From positions 1-64,000 of the forward strand of contig JBJOKS010000009.1 of NCBI GenBank assembly GCA_046045965.1: 64,000 nt of DNA, given 5' to 3'. This document shows, in pieces, positions 38,780-49,111 of the stretch. The stretch is from Cyanobacteriota bacterium (GTDB taxonomy: Bacteria > Cyanobacteriota > Cyanobacteriia > Cyanobacteriales > Nostocaceae). Every line of letters begins with the position of its first letter. Position 1 is the stretch's first letter. The notes below the pieces were generated by a model, which saw only the letters and a program-made list of their open reading frames with translations, ran no database searches and had not been told where the DNA came from. Made by a program: the position numbers and the translations under genes.

Positions 38780-40453
38780 TTATTCTTCAGCATAGCCAAA
38801 TTTAAATTTGGAACTTAAAATAGTGCGATCGCGTCCCAATTGCTTGGCTTGATATAGTGCTTGATCACCCGCTTCAAAAAATTCCCTTAAAGAAAAATCT
38901 GCTGAAGGAATAATGCAGGCAATTCCTAAGCTAATTGTGACTCTAGTTATGTTTGTTTGTTGAACTTTTTTAGTTAAAAAAGGAATTTTAATTTTCAATG
39001 ATTTTACAGTTTCTCTAATTTCTTCAGCAATGATTATTGCTCCTGTTGCATCAGTCTGTGGTAAAATTGCAGCAAATTCTTCACCACCATAACGAGCAAC
39101 TAAATCACGTGGATGTTTTATTATTGAAGTCATAGCTTGAGTAACTTGACGCAAACAATCATCTCCAGCTTGATGTCCGTAACTGTCATTATAAAGTTTA
39201 AAATTATCTATATCTGCTAATATTAAAGATATGGGTTCTTGGATTTGTTTCATCCTTGTCCATTCTAATTGGAAGCGATTATCAAAATACCTCCGGTTAG
39301 CAACTTGAGTCAGTGTATCAACATTTACTAATAATTTCAATTTTTCATTTTCTTCTTCTAGCTCTTGTAACCGCATATAATGATTATTATTTTTATCTCC
39401 AATTAAATTCTCTTTTTGAAAAAATAAACGATACATTTCACAAGCAGGTTTAATGTTTTCACCTTCTAATTTAATCAGCCCTAAACTATCTAATTTATAA
39501 ATTAAATTTGTCGATATATGGGTAGATTGTTGGGAATTTATAATTTGATCATAAGCTTTAGATAATTCTGAATTACTGTGTAATCTCGTCAACAAACACC
39601 GTAAATGATTGCTATAAATGCCGTCATAACTAATAGCTGTTTCTAGGAGTTCTGGAAAAGAAATTTTTTGTTGCTGGAGATAATATAAACCTATATGAAT
39701 TAAATAAGGATGTCCACCTACAAGCTGCATTAATTGTTGTACAGCACTACTATCAAACCAATTCAATTCGTGTCGTCTAGCAAATTCTGTTACTTGTTCC
39801 CTATTAAATTCGGGAATTTTTAAGGCTAAACCCACATTAAAGGGAGATTGATTGACATTTAAAGGAATATAAACTTCTGTAGAATGAATTACAACCAGAC
39901 GCAAATTTTGCCAAATTTCAGTTTGTTTAGCTTGTTCATGCCAACTTCTTAATAAAGGCAAAAAATCCTGAGCAATTTGCGGATGTTCAAAAATATAATT
40001 TACTTCATTTAACACCAAAACTAATGGACTCTGAATTTGTTCTAATAAATACCCTTCAAAATAAATGGAAGCACTAATTTTACTCCCGATCTCCTCATCC
40101 CAATAATCGTTTAGATTGGATATAAGGGACAACTGACGAGCAACATTAATACAAAACCAGCGTAAAAATTTGTTAAGACTAACAAAAATTTGGCTATCTG
40201 CCTGTTTAAAATCTATAGTAACTATTGAGTATCCTTGATGCGTTGCTTGGTGAATTAGCCTTAACATCAAGGAACTTTTGCCCATATGGGAGGATGCTTT
40301 AATGCGGAGTAACCCCCCTGGTTTGCTCAACTCTGTGTAAGCATCGCTTTCAATTGGAGGACGTTCAATATAAAATCGGGAATTGGATGGCAGTGGATCA
40401 CCAGGTAAAGGGATATTTTCCTCCATCTGGAATATACCTTGTTGATTTAACAT
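38780..40453 (-). CDS. AAA_35 (STAND-like) domain fused to a diguanylate cyclase
   Basis: FYIERPPIE, SHMGKSS, QSPFNVG and GGHPYL; coiled coil; DTLTQVANRR, DIDNFKLYND and ARYGGEEF. Confidence 0.9.
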   Translation of the reverse strand: MLNQQGIFQMEENIPLPGDPLPSNSRFYIERPPIESDAYTELSKPGGLLRIKASSHMGKSSLMLRLIHQATHQGYSIVTIDFKQADSQIFVSLNKFLRWFCINVARQLSLISNLNDYWDEEIGSKISASIYFEGYLLEQIQSPLVLVLNEVNYIFEHPQIAQDFLPLLRSWHEQAKQTEIWQNLRLVVIHSTEVYIPLNVNQSPFNVGLALKIPEFNREQVTEFARRHELNWFDSSAVQQLMQLVGGHPYLIHIGLYYLQQQKISFPELLETAISYDGIYSNHLRCLLTRLHSNSELSKAYDQIINSQQSTHISTNLIYKLDSLGLIKLEGENIKPACEMYRLFFQKENLIGDKNNNHYMRLQELEEENEKLKLLVNVDTLTQVANRRYFDNRFQLEWTRMKQIQEPISLILADIDNFKLYNDSYGHQAGDDCLRQVTQAMTSIIKHPRDLVARYGGEEFAAILPQTDATGAIIIAEEIRETVKSLKIKIPFLTKKVQQTNITRVTISLGIACIIPSADFSLREFFEAGDQALYQAKQLGRDRTILSSKFKFGYAEE

Positions 40454-40625
40454 GAATATTTATGTTTCAACTGAAATTGATATGATATTACAATCCTCAA
40501 CTCAAAAGCACTATTTAAGTATAATTATCTAGGTAATTTGAGCTTATGTAAGCCCCTTGTGAAAATTAGATAGAAAAGTTAACAATTGCAATTTGCCACT
40601 GCTCACCTTAGCTGAATTAATTTAG

Positions 40626-42269
40626 CTACCTTAAACGCCCTGAGCGTAAAATACTAATTATTAACCATAAACCTAACAAACTAGCAGCAGCAAACAACAC
40701 ACTGCTAACAAAAGATAATTGAGATGTTGTAACTCTGGTAGAAATAATTGCTGCCCCCATGATCAATGACCCTACTAAGATGCTAAAAGACAGTCGATTG
40801 GCGGCATCGTCCATTGTCCGGCGTACCCCGTCTAAACCCCTTAATGATAAATTCCATTGTAGAGTTTCCGATGTTACACGGTCTAATAAAAGTTCGATTT
40901 GGCGGGGAGACTGTAAAGAGAGACTTTTGATATCTAACGCAGTGCGTAAAAGGGAGCGAACAGGACTATCTCCCAATAACTGACGACGAAACAAATCTGT
41001 AATTAGTGGTTTAATCTCATCAAATAAATTAACTTCTGGATTAAAAGTACGCGCCACTCCTTCTAAATTAGCTAATGTTTTGGCATATAAACCCATATTA
41101 CTGGGTAAGCGGATTTTATTATTGCGGGCAATTTGTAAAATTTCATAGATTATTTGACTGAAATTGATCTCAGTCAGGCTGACATTATAATACTTTCGCA
41201 GCATTCGCTCATAATCATTTTCTAACCGAGATAAAATCACTGGTTGAGCAGAATCTGAAAGTTGCAAAGTTAACTGAGCGCATCTTTGAGCATCTAAATC
41301 CACAATCGCTAACAACATTTCTGTTAAAATTTGCTGAGTGCGGGGATCAAGTCTACCCACCATCCCACAGTCTAAAAGAGCAACACGTCCATCCGTGAGA
41401 TAAAATAAATTGCCGGGATGGGGATCAGCATGAAAGAAGCCATCAATATATAGTTGTTGAAAAAAGACTCTAAATAATAAAGTAGTAATTCCGTTCCGTT
41501 TAACAATAGAATCTTGACCATTTTCGGGATTTAAATCTGCTGTTAAAAGCGGAACACCATCCAACCACTGCATCACAAGTAATTTTTGTGTAGTCAGATG
41601 CCAGTAAATTTCTGCAACTACAATTTGTGTGGGATCATACCAACCACCTTGGGATAAATTGCGTCGCAGTTGGTCTGTGTGTCCGGCTTCTCGTGTAAAA
41701 TCTAATTCAGCTTCTAAAGCTTTAGTAAATTCCTCAGCAATAGCTTTAATGTCATAAGTTTGCCCAAAATCAGTCCGCGCTACTAAATCCGCGATACCTT
41801 GAATTAAGGCAATATCTTGAGCAATGGTGACATCGATCCCCGGACGTTGAACCTTGAGAGCTACTTCCCGTCCATCTGCCAGAGTAGCGCGATGGGTTTG
41901 GGCAATTGATCCCGCTGCTACTGGGATATGATTAATTGTGCGAAAGGTTTCTTCCAGTGGGCGTTTTAGCTGTTTGCGGATCACGACTTCTACCTCAGAC
42001 CAAGGAACTGGGGGTACTTCATCTTGTAGAGTTGACAGTTCCTCAATGTAAGCTGCGCTTAATAAATCTGGACGGGTAGAAAGTAGTTGACCAAGTTTGA
42101 CATAAACCGGACCCAAATCCACCAAAATATTTTTTAATACCGCAGGTGTGGGTAGTTGCGGCTCATCAGTTTTACCACCAGTCAACAGCCTTCGCATATA
42201 GTCCCAGCCGTTGCGGAGGACTACTTCAATAATTTCCCGTTGTCGAGGCACAGTTTGGGTTAAAAACAT
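40626..42269 (-). CDS. AarF/ABC1/UbiB family kinase
   Basis: LGPVYVKLGQLLSTRPDL, AGSIAQTH, KVQRP and FFHADPHPGN. Confidence 0.92.
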   Translation of the reverse strand: MFLTQTVPRQREIIEVVLRNGWDYMRRLLTGGKTDEPQLPTPAVLKNILVDLGPVYVKLGQLLSTRPDLLSAAYIEELSTLQDEVPPVPWSEVEVVIRKQLKRPLEETFRTINHIPVAAGSIAQTHRATLADGREVALKVQRPGIDVTIAQDIALIQGIADLVARTDFGQTYDIKAIAEEFTKALEAELDFTREAGHTDQLRRNLSQGGWYDPTQIVVAEIYWHLTTQKLLVMQWLDGVPLLTADLNPENGQDSIVKRNGITTLLFRVFFQQLYIDGFFHADPHPGNLFYLTDGRVALLDCGMVGRLDPRTQQILTEMLLAIVDLDAQRCAQLTLQLSDSAQPVILSRLENDYERMLRKYYNVSLTEINFSQIIYEILQIARNNKIRLPSNMGLYAKTLANLEGVARTFNPEVNLFDEIKPLITDLFRRQLLGDSPVRSLLRTALDIKSLSLQSPRQIELLLDRVTSETLQWNLSLRGLDGVRRTMDDAANRLSFSILVGSLIMGAAIISTRVTTSQLSFVSSVLFAAASLLGLWLIISILRSGRLR

Positions 42270-42280
42270 TTTTACATTTT

Positions 42281-42435
42281 TGGTAATTGGTAATTGGTAA
42301 TTGGTAATTGGTAATTGGTAATTGGTAATTGGGTGATTAATCTTCCCCTGCCTCCCCGGCTTCCCCGGCTTCCCCTGCTCCCCTGCTTCCCCTGCTTCTT
42401 ACCCAGTCCCCAGTCCCCAATCACCAGTCACCAGT
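42281..42435. repeat. STRR (GGTAATT)7, 9-mer (TTCCCCTGC)-like repeats and (CCCCAGT)-like repeats
   Basis: Seen directly. Confidence 0.9.
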
Positions 42436-42482
42436 TATAATTGAAAACAAGACTATTCAGCCTCTACCAAGGGTTTTAACTT

Positions 42483-43547
42483 TTACAGCAACTCAGTAAA
42501 TCGGGGATCGCTTTGGAGGGTTTTGAGGATCTGCTTAATTTCTTGAGTACGTTCCTTGTTAACTATCAGGGTAACATTGCGATCGCGCACAATCACCACA
42601 TCCTCCAAGCCAATAGTAACAACTACATCATCTGGATTAGAAGCATAAACAATAGCCCCTTGAGTATCTAACCCTACATGGGTAGCTAATTCAACATTAG
42701 GATTATCCTCTGTTTTCAGTAGACGTTCGATCGCATTCCAGTCGCCTAGATCATCCCAACCAAATTCCACCGGCAAAACGTATGCTAGACTTGTCTTTTC
42801 CATCAGCGCATAATCTATACTTTTTTTAGGCAACTGGGGATAAACATCAAGTCCTTGTTGTTCTAAGGGTTCGATAATTTCTGGGGCATGGGTACGCAGT
42901 TCTTTTAGAACCACTCCAGCCCGAAAAACGAACATACCACTATTCCAGCTAAACCGTCCCGTTGATAAAAAATGCTCGGCTGTTTCCCGGTTGGGCTTTT
43001 CAGTAAAGCGGTTGACGTGATAAGCTGGCAACTCATTAAAGCTATCAATCTTTTCACCTTGTTCAATGTAGCCGTAACCAGTTGATGGAAAAGTAGGCTT
43101 GATCCCCAAAGTGACAATCGCTGCTGTGCTAGTCGCTAACTGGGTAGCCGCACTCAAGGTATGTGCAAACACCTCTTGATCAGCAATCCAGTGGTCAGCA
43201 GGGAAAAAGCCAATTACAGCTTCTTCTCCGTAACGCTTGTTAATTTCCAAACTTGTCCAAGCAACGGCAGCGGCTGTATCCCTACCCTCTGATTCAATCA
43301 GCAAATTTTGCTCTGGCAGATCGGGTAATTGTTCTCGTACACCTTGAGCTATTTGACTAGAAGTGATGACCCACAGGTTATCCCACCCGCCAGCGAGTGT
43401 TAGCAGTCGATCAGCGGTTGCTTGTAGTAGGCTTCTAGAACTGCCATCGAGACTTAAAAATTGCTTAGGTCTGTCTTTGCGACTAAGAGGCCAAAAACGC
43501 TCACCTTTACCGCCCGCCAGAATTACAGGGATCAGTGAATTATTCAT
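42483..43547 (-). CDS. manC: Mannose-1-phosphate guanylyltransferase
   Basis: ILAGGKGERFWPLSR, PKQFL, TGYGYI, FTEKP, WNSGMF, SIDYALME and WDDLG. Confidence 0.92.
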   Translation of the reverse strand: MNNSLIPVILAGGKGERFWPLSRKDRPKQFLSLDGSSRSLLQATADRLLTLAGGWDNLWVITSSQIAQGVREQLPDLPEQNLLIESEGRDTAAAVAWTSLEINKRYGEEAVIGFFPADHWIADQEVFAHTLSAATQLATSTAAIVTLGIKPTFPSTGYGYIEQGEKIDSFNELPAYHVNRFTEKPNRETAEHFLSTGRFSWNSGMFVFRAGVVLKELRTHAPEIIEPLEQQGLDVYPQLPKKSIDYALMEKTSLAYVLPVEFGWDDLGDWNAIERLLKTEDNPNVELATHVGLDTQGAIVYASNPDDVVVTIGLEDVVIVRDRNVTLIVNKERTQEIKQILKTLQSDPRFTELL

Positions 43548-43801
43548 GTTGTCATATACACTTACTTCAGAACAATCTTAAGTGTACATTCATTTAATTT
43601 GGGATAATCTTCACTGATCAATCTGAGTGCTGGGGAATTTTGGATTTATGAGTTAGTTAAAAATGCGAGGGTGATGAGAAAAACAAAATCTAAAAATCAG
43701 CAATCTAAAATCTAAAATCTGCACAGATAGCTCTAACTCTAGCAACAAGAATTTGTAGCTTGTATTAACATACCTTTAGGGAGTGGTTGAGTGGGGAGAT
43801 A

Positions 43802-45322
43802 ATGGTGATAAAACAAGTTCAATGGTCCAAAAATCAGGTCATACCTCAGCAAACAACAGCTTTAGATCAAGAGGCACAACCGCAACAATTTCAACGGACA
43901 GAAAATCAGGTTATACCTACCCCAGTACCAGGATCAGGGACAGAGGTTAAACCAAAACAGTCAGGAACACAGTCAATAAATCATCCGCGTAACGTTGTCG
44001 AGTCAGTGGGTGCTATCCCTGATGAACTCTATAATCGCTTAGGGTTGACAATGCCTCGCTGGCTATTGTGGATATTAACTTTTGTTGTTGGCATCATTTT
44101 ATCAGGGTTACTGGTATCAACTTTGGCGCTATGGACTCCCCTCTGGAGTAATTTAGATCAAGTCAAAGATGACGATTTTGGACCTACCAGTAAAGACCAG
44201 GTAAAAGTCCCAGGGGATTTATGGAATAAACTTTCTCAGTATCAACTATCAAAACCCATGAATATTTTAGTCATGGGCATTGAACCAGTGAAGGGTACTG
44301 TTGACGGTTCCCCAGAAAGTTTTGCTGGTAGCAGCGATACGATGTTATTGATCCGGTTAAATCCTAGTGATCAATCTATCCGCGTGCTTTCCATTCCCAG
44401 AGGGACGATGATCGCCCTCCCAGAACAGGGATTAACCAAGGTGTCTGAAGCAAATGCTAAAGGTGGTCCAGTATTAGCTGCACGGGTAGTTAGTCGAACT
44501 TTAAGCAATGCCCCCATAGATCGCTATATTCGCATTTCTACTAGCGGCTTGCGGCAATTAGTTGATCAGTTGGGTGGGGTAGATGTATTTGTCCCCCAAG
44601 CGATGAATTATCAAGATAATTCCGGTGGTTTATCTGTGAATTTAGTTAGCGGTTGGCAAACCCTCAACGGTGAACAAGCAGAACAGTTTGCGCGTTTCCG
44701 AGAATCAAGTGTAGGGGATATACCAAGAGTGCAGCGACAACAGGCACTAATAACCGCTTTGGTTCAACGTCTCAATAGTCCGACAACTTTACCCAGGTTG
44801 CCCCAAATTACTCGCATTATGCGAAAGTATTTTGACACCAACCTAAAAATGGAAGAAATGATGGCATTGGCGAATTTTTCCGTGAATGTAGAACGGGATA
44901 ATTTCCAAATGGCCATGCTACCTGGTACGTTTAGTAAATTTAGTAAAGACCCGGATAGCTATTGGTTGAATCTCACTGGACAACAAAGCTTATTGAATAA
45001 TTATGTTGGGGTGGATATACCTGGTTTAAAATCAGATTCCCGTCCAGTTTCTCGCCTCAAAATCGCTATTCAAAACGCTTCCAATCAACCTCAATTAACG
45101 GAAAATGTTATTACATATCTCAAATCCAAAGGTTTTACCAATATTTACACAATTCCTGATTGGCCTGATACCCAGCGCCAAACTCAGATAATTGTCCAGA
45201 AAGGAAACCCACAACCAGGAGTTGAACTGCAAGAAGTTTTAGGATTAGGTCAAATTGACGTTTCCGCAAATGGTGATTTAGGTTCTGACCTTACAATTCG
45301 CATTGGTAAAGATTGGAAATAG
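43802..45322 (+). CDS. LCP (LytR-CpsA-Psr) family glycopolymer transferase with LytR_C domain
   Basis: TM helix, NILVMG, SDTMLL, LSIPRGT, FARFR, RVQRQ and DLTIRIGKDW. Confidence 0.88.
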   Translation: MVIKQVQWSKNQVIPQQTTALDQEAQPQQFQRTENQVIPTPVPGSGTEVKPKQSGTQSINHPRNVVESVGAIPDELYNRLGLTMPRWLLWILTFVVGIILSGLLVSTLALWTPLWSNLDQVKDDDFGPTSKDQVKVPGDLWNKLSQYQLSKPMNILVMGIEPVKGTVDGSPESFAGSSDTMLLIRLNPSDQSIRVLSIPRGTMIALPEQGLTKVSEANAKGGPVLAARVVSRTLSNAPIDRYIRISTSGLRQLVDQLGGVDVFVPQAMNYQDNSGGLSVNLVSGWQTLNGEQAEQFARFRESSVGDIPRVQRQQALITALVQRLNSPTTLPRLPQITRIMRKYFDTNLKMEEMMALANFSVNVERDNFQMAMLPGTFSKFSKDPDSYWLNLTGQQSLLNNYVGVDIPGLKSDSRPVSRLKIAIQNASNQPQLTENVITYLKSKGFTNIYTIPDWPDTQRQTQIIVQKGNPQPGVELQEVLGLGQIDVSANGDLGSDLTIRIGKDWK

Positions 45323-45393
45323 TTATTAGTCATTAGTTATTAGTCATTAGTCATTAGTTAAAACATTAACCAATGACCAATGACCAATAACCA
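45321..45393. repeat. STRR repeats (ATTAGTC/T)n and (ACCAATG)n
   Basis: Seen directly. Confidence 0.85.
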
Positions 45394-45404
45394 ACTATAA
45401 ATTT

Positions 45405-45911
45405 ATGAAGAAGATTTTGTTGAGATTTTTTAGTTTAATATTGATTTTGCTTCTAGCTTGGTTGTGGATAATTATTAATCCTAAACCAGCTTTTGCTCAA
45501 GTTAATACCATTAATTATAACAATGCCTCTTTAGAAAATCGTGACTTTTCTAATACTGATTTAACAGGAGTTAATTTTGTGTCCGCAGAAATGCGGGGGA
45601 CAAATTTTCAAGGTGCGAATTTAACTAACGCCATGTTAACGAAAGGTGTGTTACTAAAGGCAAATTTACAAGATGCGAATTTAACAGGTGCTTTAGTTGA
45701 TCGCGTGACACTAGATGGTGCTAATCTAAAGAACGCTATTTTCACAGAAGCTACTTTAACCCGGAGCCGTTTTTATGATGCGGATATTACTGGTGCTGAT
45801 TTTACAGACGCTTTAATTGACCGTTATCAGGTTTCGCTATTGTGTGAAAGGGCTGATGGTGTTAATCCTATAACTGGTATTTCTACACGGGATAGTTTGG
45901 GGTGTAGGTAG
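45405..45911 (+). CDS. Exported pentapeptide repeat protein
   Basis: Signal peptide ending PAFA, A(N/D)LxG repeats, and C-terminal LC...[15 protein letters not shown]. Confidence 0.9.
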   Translation: MKKILLRFFSLILILLLAWLWIIINPKPAFAQVNTINYNNASLENRDFSNTDLTGVNFVSAEMRGTNFQGANLTNAMLTKGVLLKANLQDANLTGALVDRVTLDGANLKNAIFTEATLTRSRFYDADITGADFTDALIDRYQVSLLCERADGVNPITGISTRDSLGCR

Positions 45912-46040
45912 GTGACAGGTGACAGGTGACAGTGAAGAAGAGGGTGTAGGGTATGGGGTAAGAAAAGGTATAGGTAGAGTCTTCATAATGGCATTTATTG
46001 TCTGAGACTGGGAACGAGATCGAATCTACTACTAACTACA

Positions 46041-46535
46041 CTATGGAAGAAACTTCTTGATTTTTTCGTTGATAAAATCTATAGCGAAGGAGTCAATGTT
46101 AGGATTTTTTGATTTAGACTTCATATTTATACAATTAACTACATCGACCATAGCACTGTGAACCTCACATTTAAAATTAAAATAAGCAAGAGAGCATAAA
46201 ACTTTATTGATTGCGAAAGGGATTTCTTCGAGAAAATCGACATTTTCAATACACTGTATTGATTCGTGATCAAGGCTTCTCTCAATAGTCTGATAAACAA
46301 CGAGTCGTATTTCTGATATACTGCTAGTATCACCTTCTTGAATATGTAATTCATAATCTCCAAAACAATCCCTATTATCAATGGAATAAAATCTTGATGG
46401 AATATCAAAGCTTAGTGTTCCATCGTAGTCTACAAAATATACACGATTACCGGTTTCATCTTGAAACGAAGCATATTCAAAACCATAAAGCATTAAATAT
46501 TCAATAAGCTTTTGCTTGATTAATTCTTTAGACAT
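46041..46535 (-). CDS. Hypothetical protein
   Basis: 164-aa ATG-started ORF filling the gap; no recognised motif. Confidence 0.55.
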   Translation of the reverse strand: MSKELIKQKLIEYLMLYGFEYASFQDETGNRVYFVDYDGTLSFDIPSRFYSIDNRDCFGDYELHIQEGDTSSISEIRLVVYQTIERSLDHESIQCIENVDFLEEIPFAINKVLCSLAYFNFKCEVHSAMVDVVNCINMKSKSKNPNIDSFAIDFINEKIKKFLP

Positions 46536-46730
46536 GATTTGATTTTCGTTGGATTTTTATAATTTACAATCTATTATACACCTGAGATGTCAGTAAAAGT
46601 AGTGAGGTATGAAAAAAAGATAGACTTGTGGAGTAATAAACCATTTCTTCAAAAGTTACCTGACAAATGTTAAGATTTCAGGTTAAATATTCTCAGATAT
46701 TGACTCTGCAAGAGTTTCTAGGTATTATTC

Positions 46731-48338
46731 GTGACTGAACAACAACAAGAAAAACCCTCTCGTTCTTTTGCTGGTATTGCTGGTATTGTTGCCGCAGCAA
46801 CATTAATTAGTAAAGTATTTGGTTTAATTAGACAGCAAGCGATCGCAGCTGTTTTTGGTGTGGGTGCTGCTGCTACTGCTTACAGTTACGCCTATATTAT
46901 CCCTGGCTTTCTATTAATTTTATTAGGTGGTGTCAATGGACCCTTACATAGTGCCATTGTTAGCGTTTTAGCCAAGCGCAAAAAAGAAGAATCAGCACCT
47001 TTAGTAGAAACAGTCACAACCATAGTTGGTGGTTTGTTGTTAATAGTGACAGTTGCTCAGATTTTTTTGGCAGAACCTTTAATTGATATAGTTGGTTATG
47101 GTTTAGAACCTGCCACAAGAGCGATCGCCATTCGTCAACTGCAAATAATGGCTCCGATGGCTTTATTTTCCGGTTTAATTGGTATTGGTTTCGGTACTCT
47201 CAACGCAGCAAATCAATATTGGTTACTTTCTATTAGTCCTTTATTATCCAGTATTACTGTAGTCGCAGGTATTGGGATTTTGGCTTTGCAATATGGCAAA
47301 GATATCATCAAGCCAGAATTCGCTTTAATTGGTGGCATGGTATTAGCTTGGGGAACTTTAGCGGGGGCGATTTTGCAATGGTCAGTACAATTAATTGTGC
47401 AGTGGCGTTTAGGTTTAGGAACATTAAAACTGAGATTTGATTTTAAATCTCCCGCAGTTCAAGAAGTGATTAAAATCATGACCCCGGCAACAATTTCTTC
47501 GGGAATGATGCCGATAAATGTGGCAACAGATTTATATTTTGCCAGTCCCATTAAAGGCGCAGCCGCAGGTTTTAACTATGCCAATTTATTAGTACAAACA
47601 CCATTAGGGATTATTTCTAATATTATTTTACTGCCTTTATTACCAATATTTGCCAAATTAGCAGAACCAGAAAACTGGCCAGATTTAAAATTACGCATTC
47701 GTCAAGGACTGTTATTAACTGCGGTGACGATGCTACCTTTAGGGGCGTTAATGATAGCTTTATCTGAACCAATTGTGCAGGTAGTTTATCAACGGGGAGC
47801 ATTTAAACAAGAAGCTACCGAGTTAGTTTCTTCTCTGTTAATTGCCTATGGAATTGGGATGTTTGTTTATTTAGGGCGTGATGTTTTGGTGAGGGTATTT
47901 TATGCTTTAGGTGATGGACAAACACCTTTTAAAATTAGTACGTTTAATATTTTATTGAATGCAGTTTTAGATTTTATTTTAGTTAAACCCTTTGGTGCGC
48001 CTGGTTTGGTGTTAGCTACAGTTGGGGTAAATTGCAGTTCAATTTTAATGTTGTTGTGGTTGTTAAATAGGAAATTAAATGGTTTACCTTTGCGGGAATG
48101 GAGTTTACCAATTTTCGGTTTAACTGCGGGTAGTGTGGTTGCGGGAATTGCAAGTTATGGGACTTTGGTTGGTTGTCAGCAGGTGTTGGGGAATCAGGGT
48201 TTAGTTGTTTTAATAATTGAGTTGTGTGTTTCTGGTGCGGTGGGAATTGGTGTGTTTGCGGTTATTGCGGGGATGATGAGAATACCGGAGGTTAATAGTT
48301 TTGTGGTGAAGATGCGGCAGAAGTTTTTGAAGAGATAG
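46731..48338 (+). CDS. murJ: Lipid II flippase MurJ (MviN)
   Basis: ATLISKVFGLIRQ, many TM helices, YQRGAF and RVFYALGD..TPF. Confidence 0.93.
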   Translation: MTEQQQEKPSRSFAGIAGIVAAATLISKVFGLIRQQAIAAVFGVGAAATAYSYAYIIPGFLLILLGGVNGPLHSAIVSVLAKRKKEESAPLVETVTTIVGGLLLIVTVAQIFLAEPLIDIVGYGLEPATRAIAIRQLQIMAPMALFSGLIGIGFGTLNAANQYWLLSISPLLSSITVVAGIGILALQYGKDIIKPEFALIGGMVLAWGTLAGAILQWSVQLIVQWRLGLGTLKLRFDFKSPAVQEVIKIMTPATISSGMMPINVATDLYFASPIKGAAAGFNYANLLVQTPLGIISNIILLPLLPIFAKLAEPENWPDLKLRIRQGLLLTAVTMLPLGALMIALSEPIVQVVYQRGAFKQEATELVSSLLIAYGIGMFVYLGRDVLVRVFYALGDGQTPFKISTFNILLNAVLDFILVKPFGAPGLVLATVGVNCSSILMLLWLLNRKLNGLPLREWSLPIFGLTAGSVVAGIASYGTLVGCQQVLGNQGLVVLIIELCVSGAVGIGVFAVIAGMMRIPEVNSFVVKMRQKFLKR

Positions 48339-48347
48339 GTTTGATTT

Positions 48348-49085
48348 TTAGATGATATATTTACCAAGAGATAAAGTTTGAATAAAAGTACGAGATTCGG
48401 GGACATTCTGAAAAATTCTGCCTATACTTTCTGAGTTGATAAAATCTAATGCTTTTTGATTAAATTCTTCATCACTGATTGTTTGCAGTTCAGTCGTACC
48501 ATAAAGTAATTGTTTTAATTCTCTTGGTTTTTTGCCATAAGCGTCCTTAATTAATTTTTTGGTATCTATTTTAGCAGCAGCTATAAATATTTCTGTAGAG
48601 GGAAAAACAACAACTGGAATTACTACAGGTAGATATTCATGAGTATACCCTTCTCTTGCTTTCGCTCGATAAAATTCTTCTATACTTCCTACTAATATTT
48701 TAGATATACTAAATCTCCAATCTTTAAAATAGTCATCAGGGTTGGAAAATGTATGTTCACTATCAGCAGTAAGTAATATAATATCTCGGTTACAAATTAG
48801 TTCAACTTCGCTTTTAAAATCTGCAAAAGCTCCATAAAGAGTGTTTGCAACTGAATTTTTAAAATCTAAAGCCTGTTTACCTGTTAAATAGCAACCGTCT
48901 GTAATTTTATTGGCTTCTCGACAATATTTTTCTACAGCATCATGAATAGTTTGCCTCCTTAACTCGATATAATTAAGAGTCACATTATTTTGCTCTCCAT
49001 CAGATAAAATACACTCAGAGATTTTTCTGAAAATTGCTATATCAGTTGCTCCATCTCCAACAATGCCTATATTTCTTGCCAGCAT
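48348..49085 (-). CDS. Hypothetical protein, TOPRIM-like/DUF4276-like partner of the upstream ATPase
   Basis: N-terminal IGIVGDGATD, then LLTADSE and PSTEIFI. Starts 27 nt after the ATPase stop. Confidence 0.55.
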   Translation of the reverse strand: MLARNIGIVGDGATDIAIFRKISECILSDGEQNNVTLNYIELRRQTIHDAVEKYCREANKITDGCYLTGKQALDFKNSVANTLYGAFADFKSEVELICNRDIILLTADSEHTFSNPDDYFKDWRFSISKILVGSIEEFYRAKAREGYTHEYLPVVIPVVVFPSTEIFIAAAKIDTKKLIKDAYGKKPRELKQLLYGTTELQTISDEEFNQKALDFINSESIGRIFQNVPESRTFIQTLSLGKYII

Positions 49086-49111
49086 CACATTTTCCCTGAT
49101 TACCCACCTGA

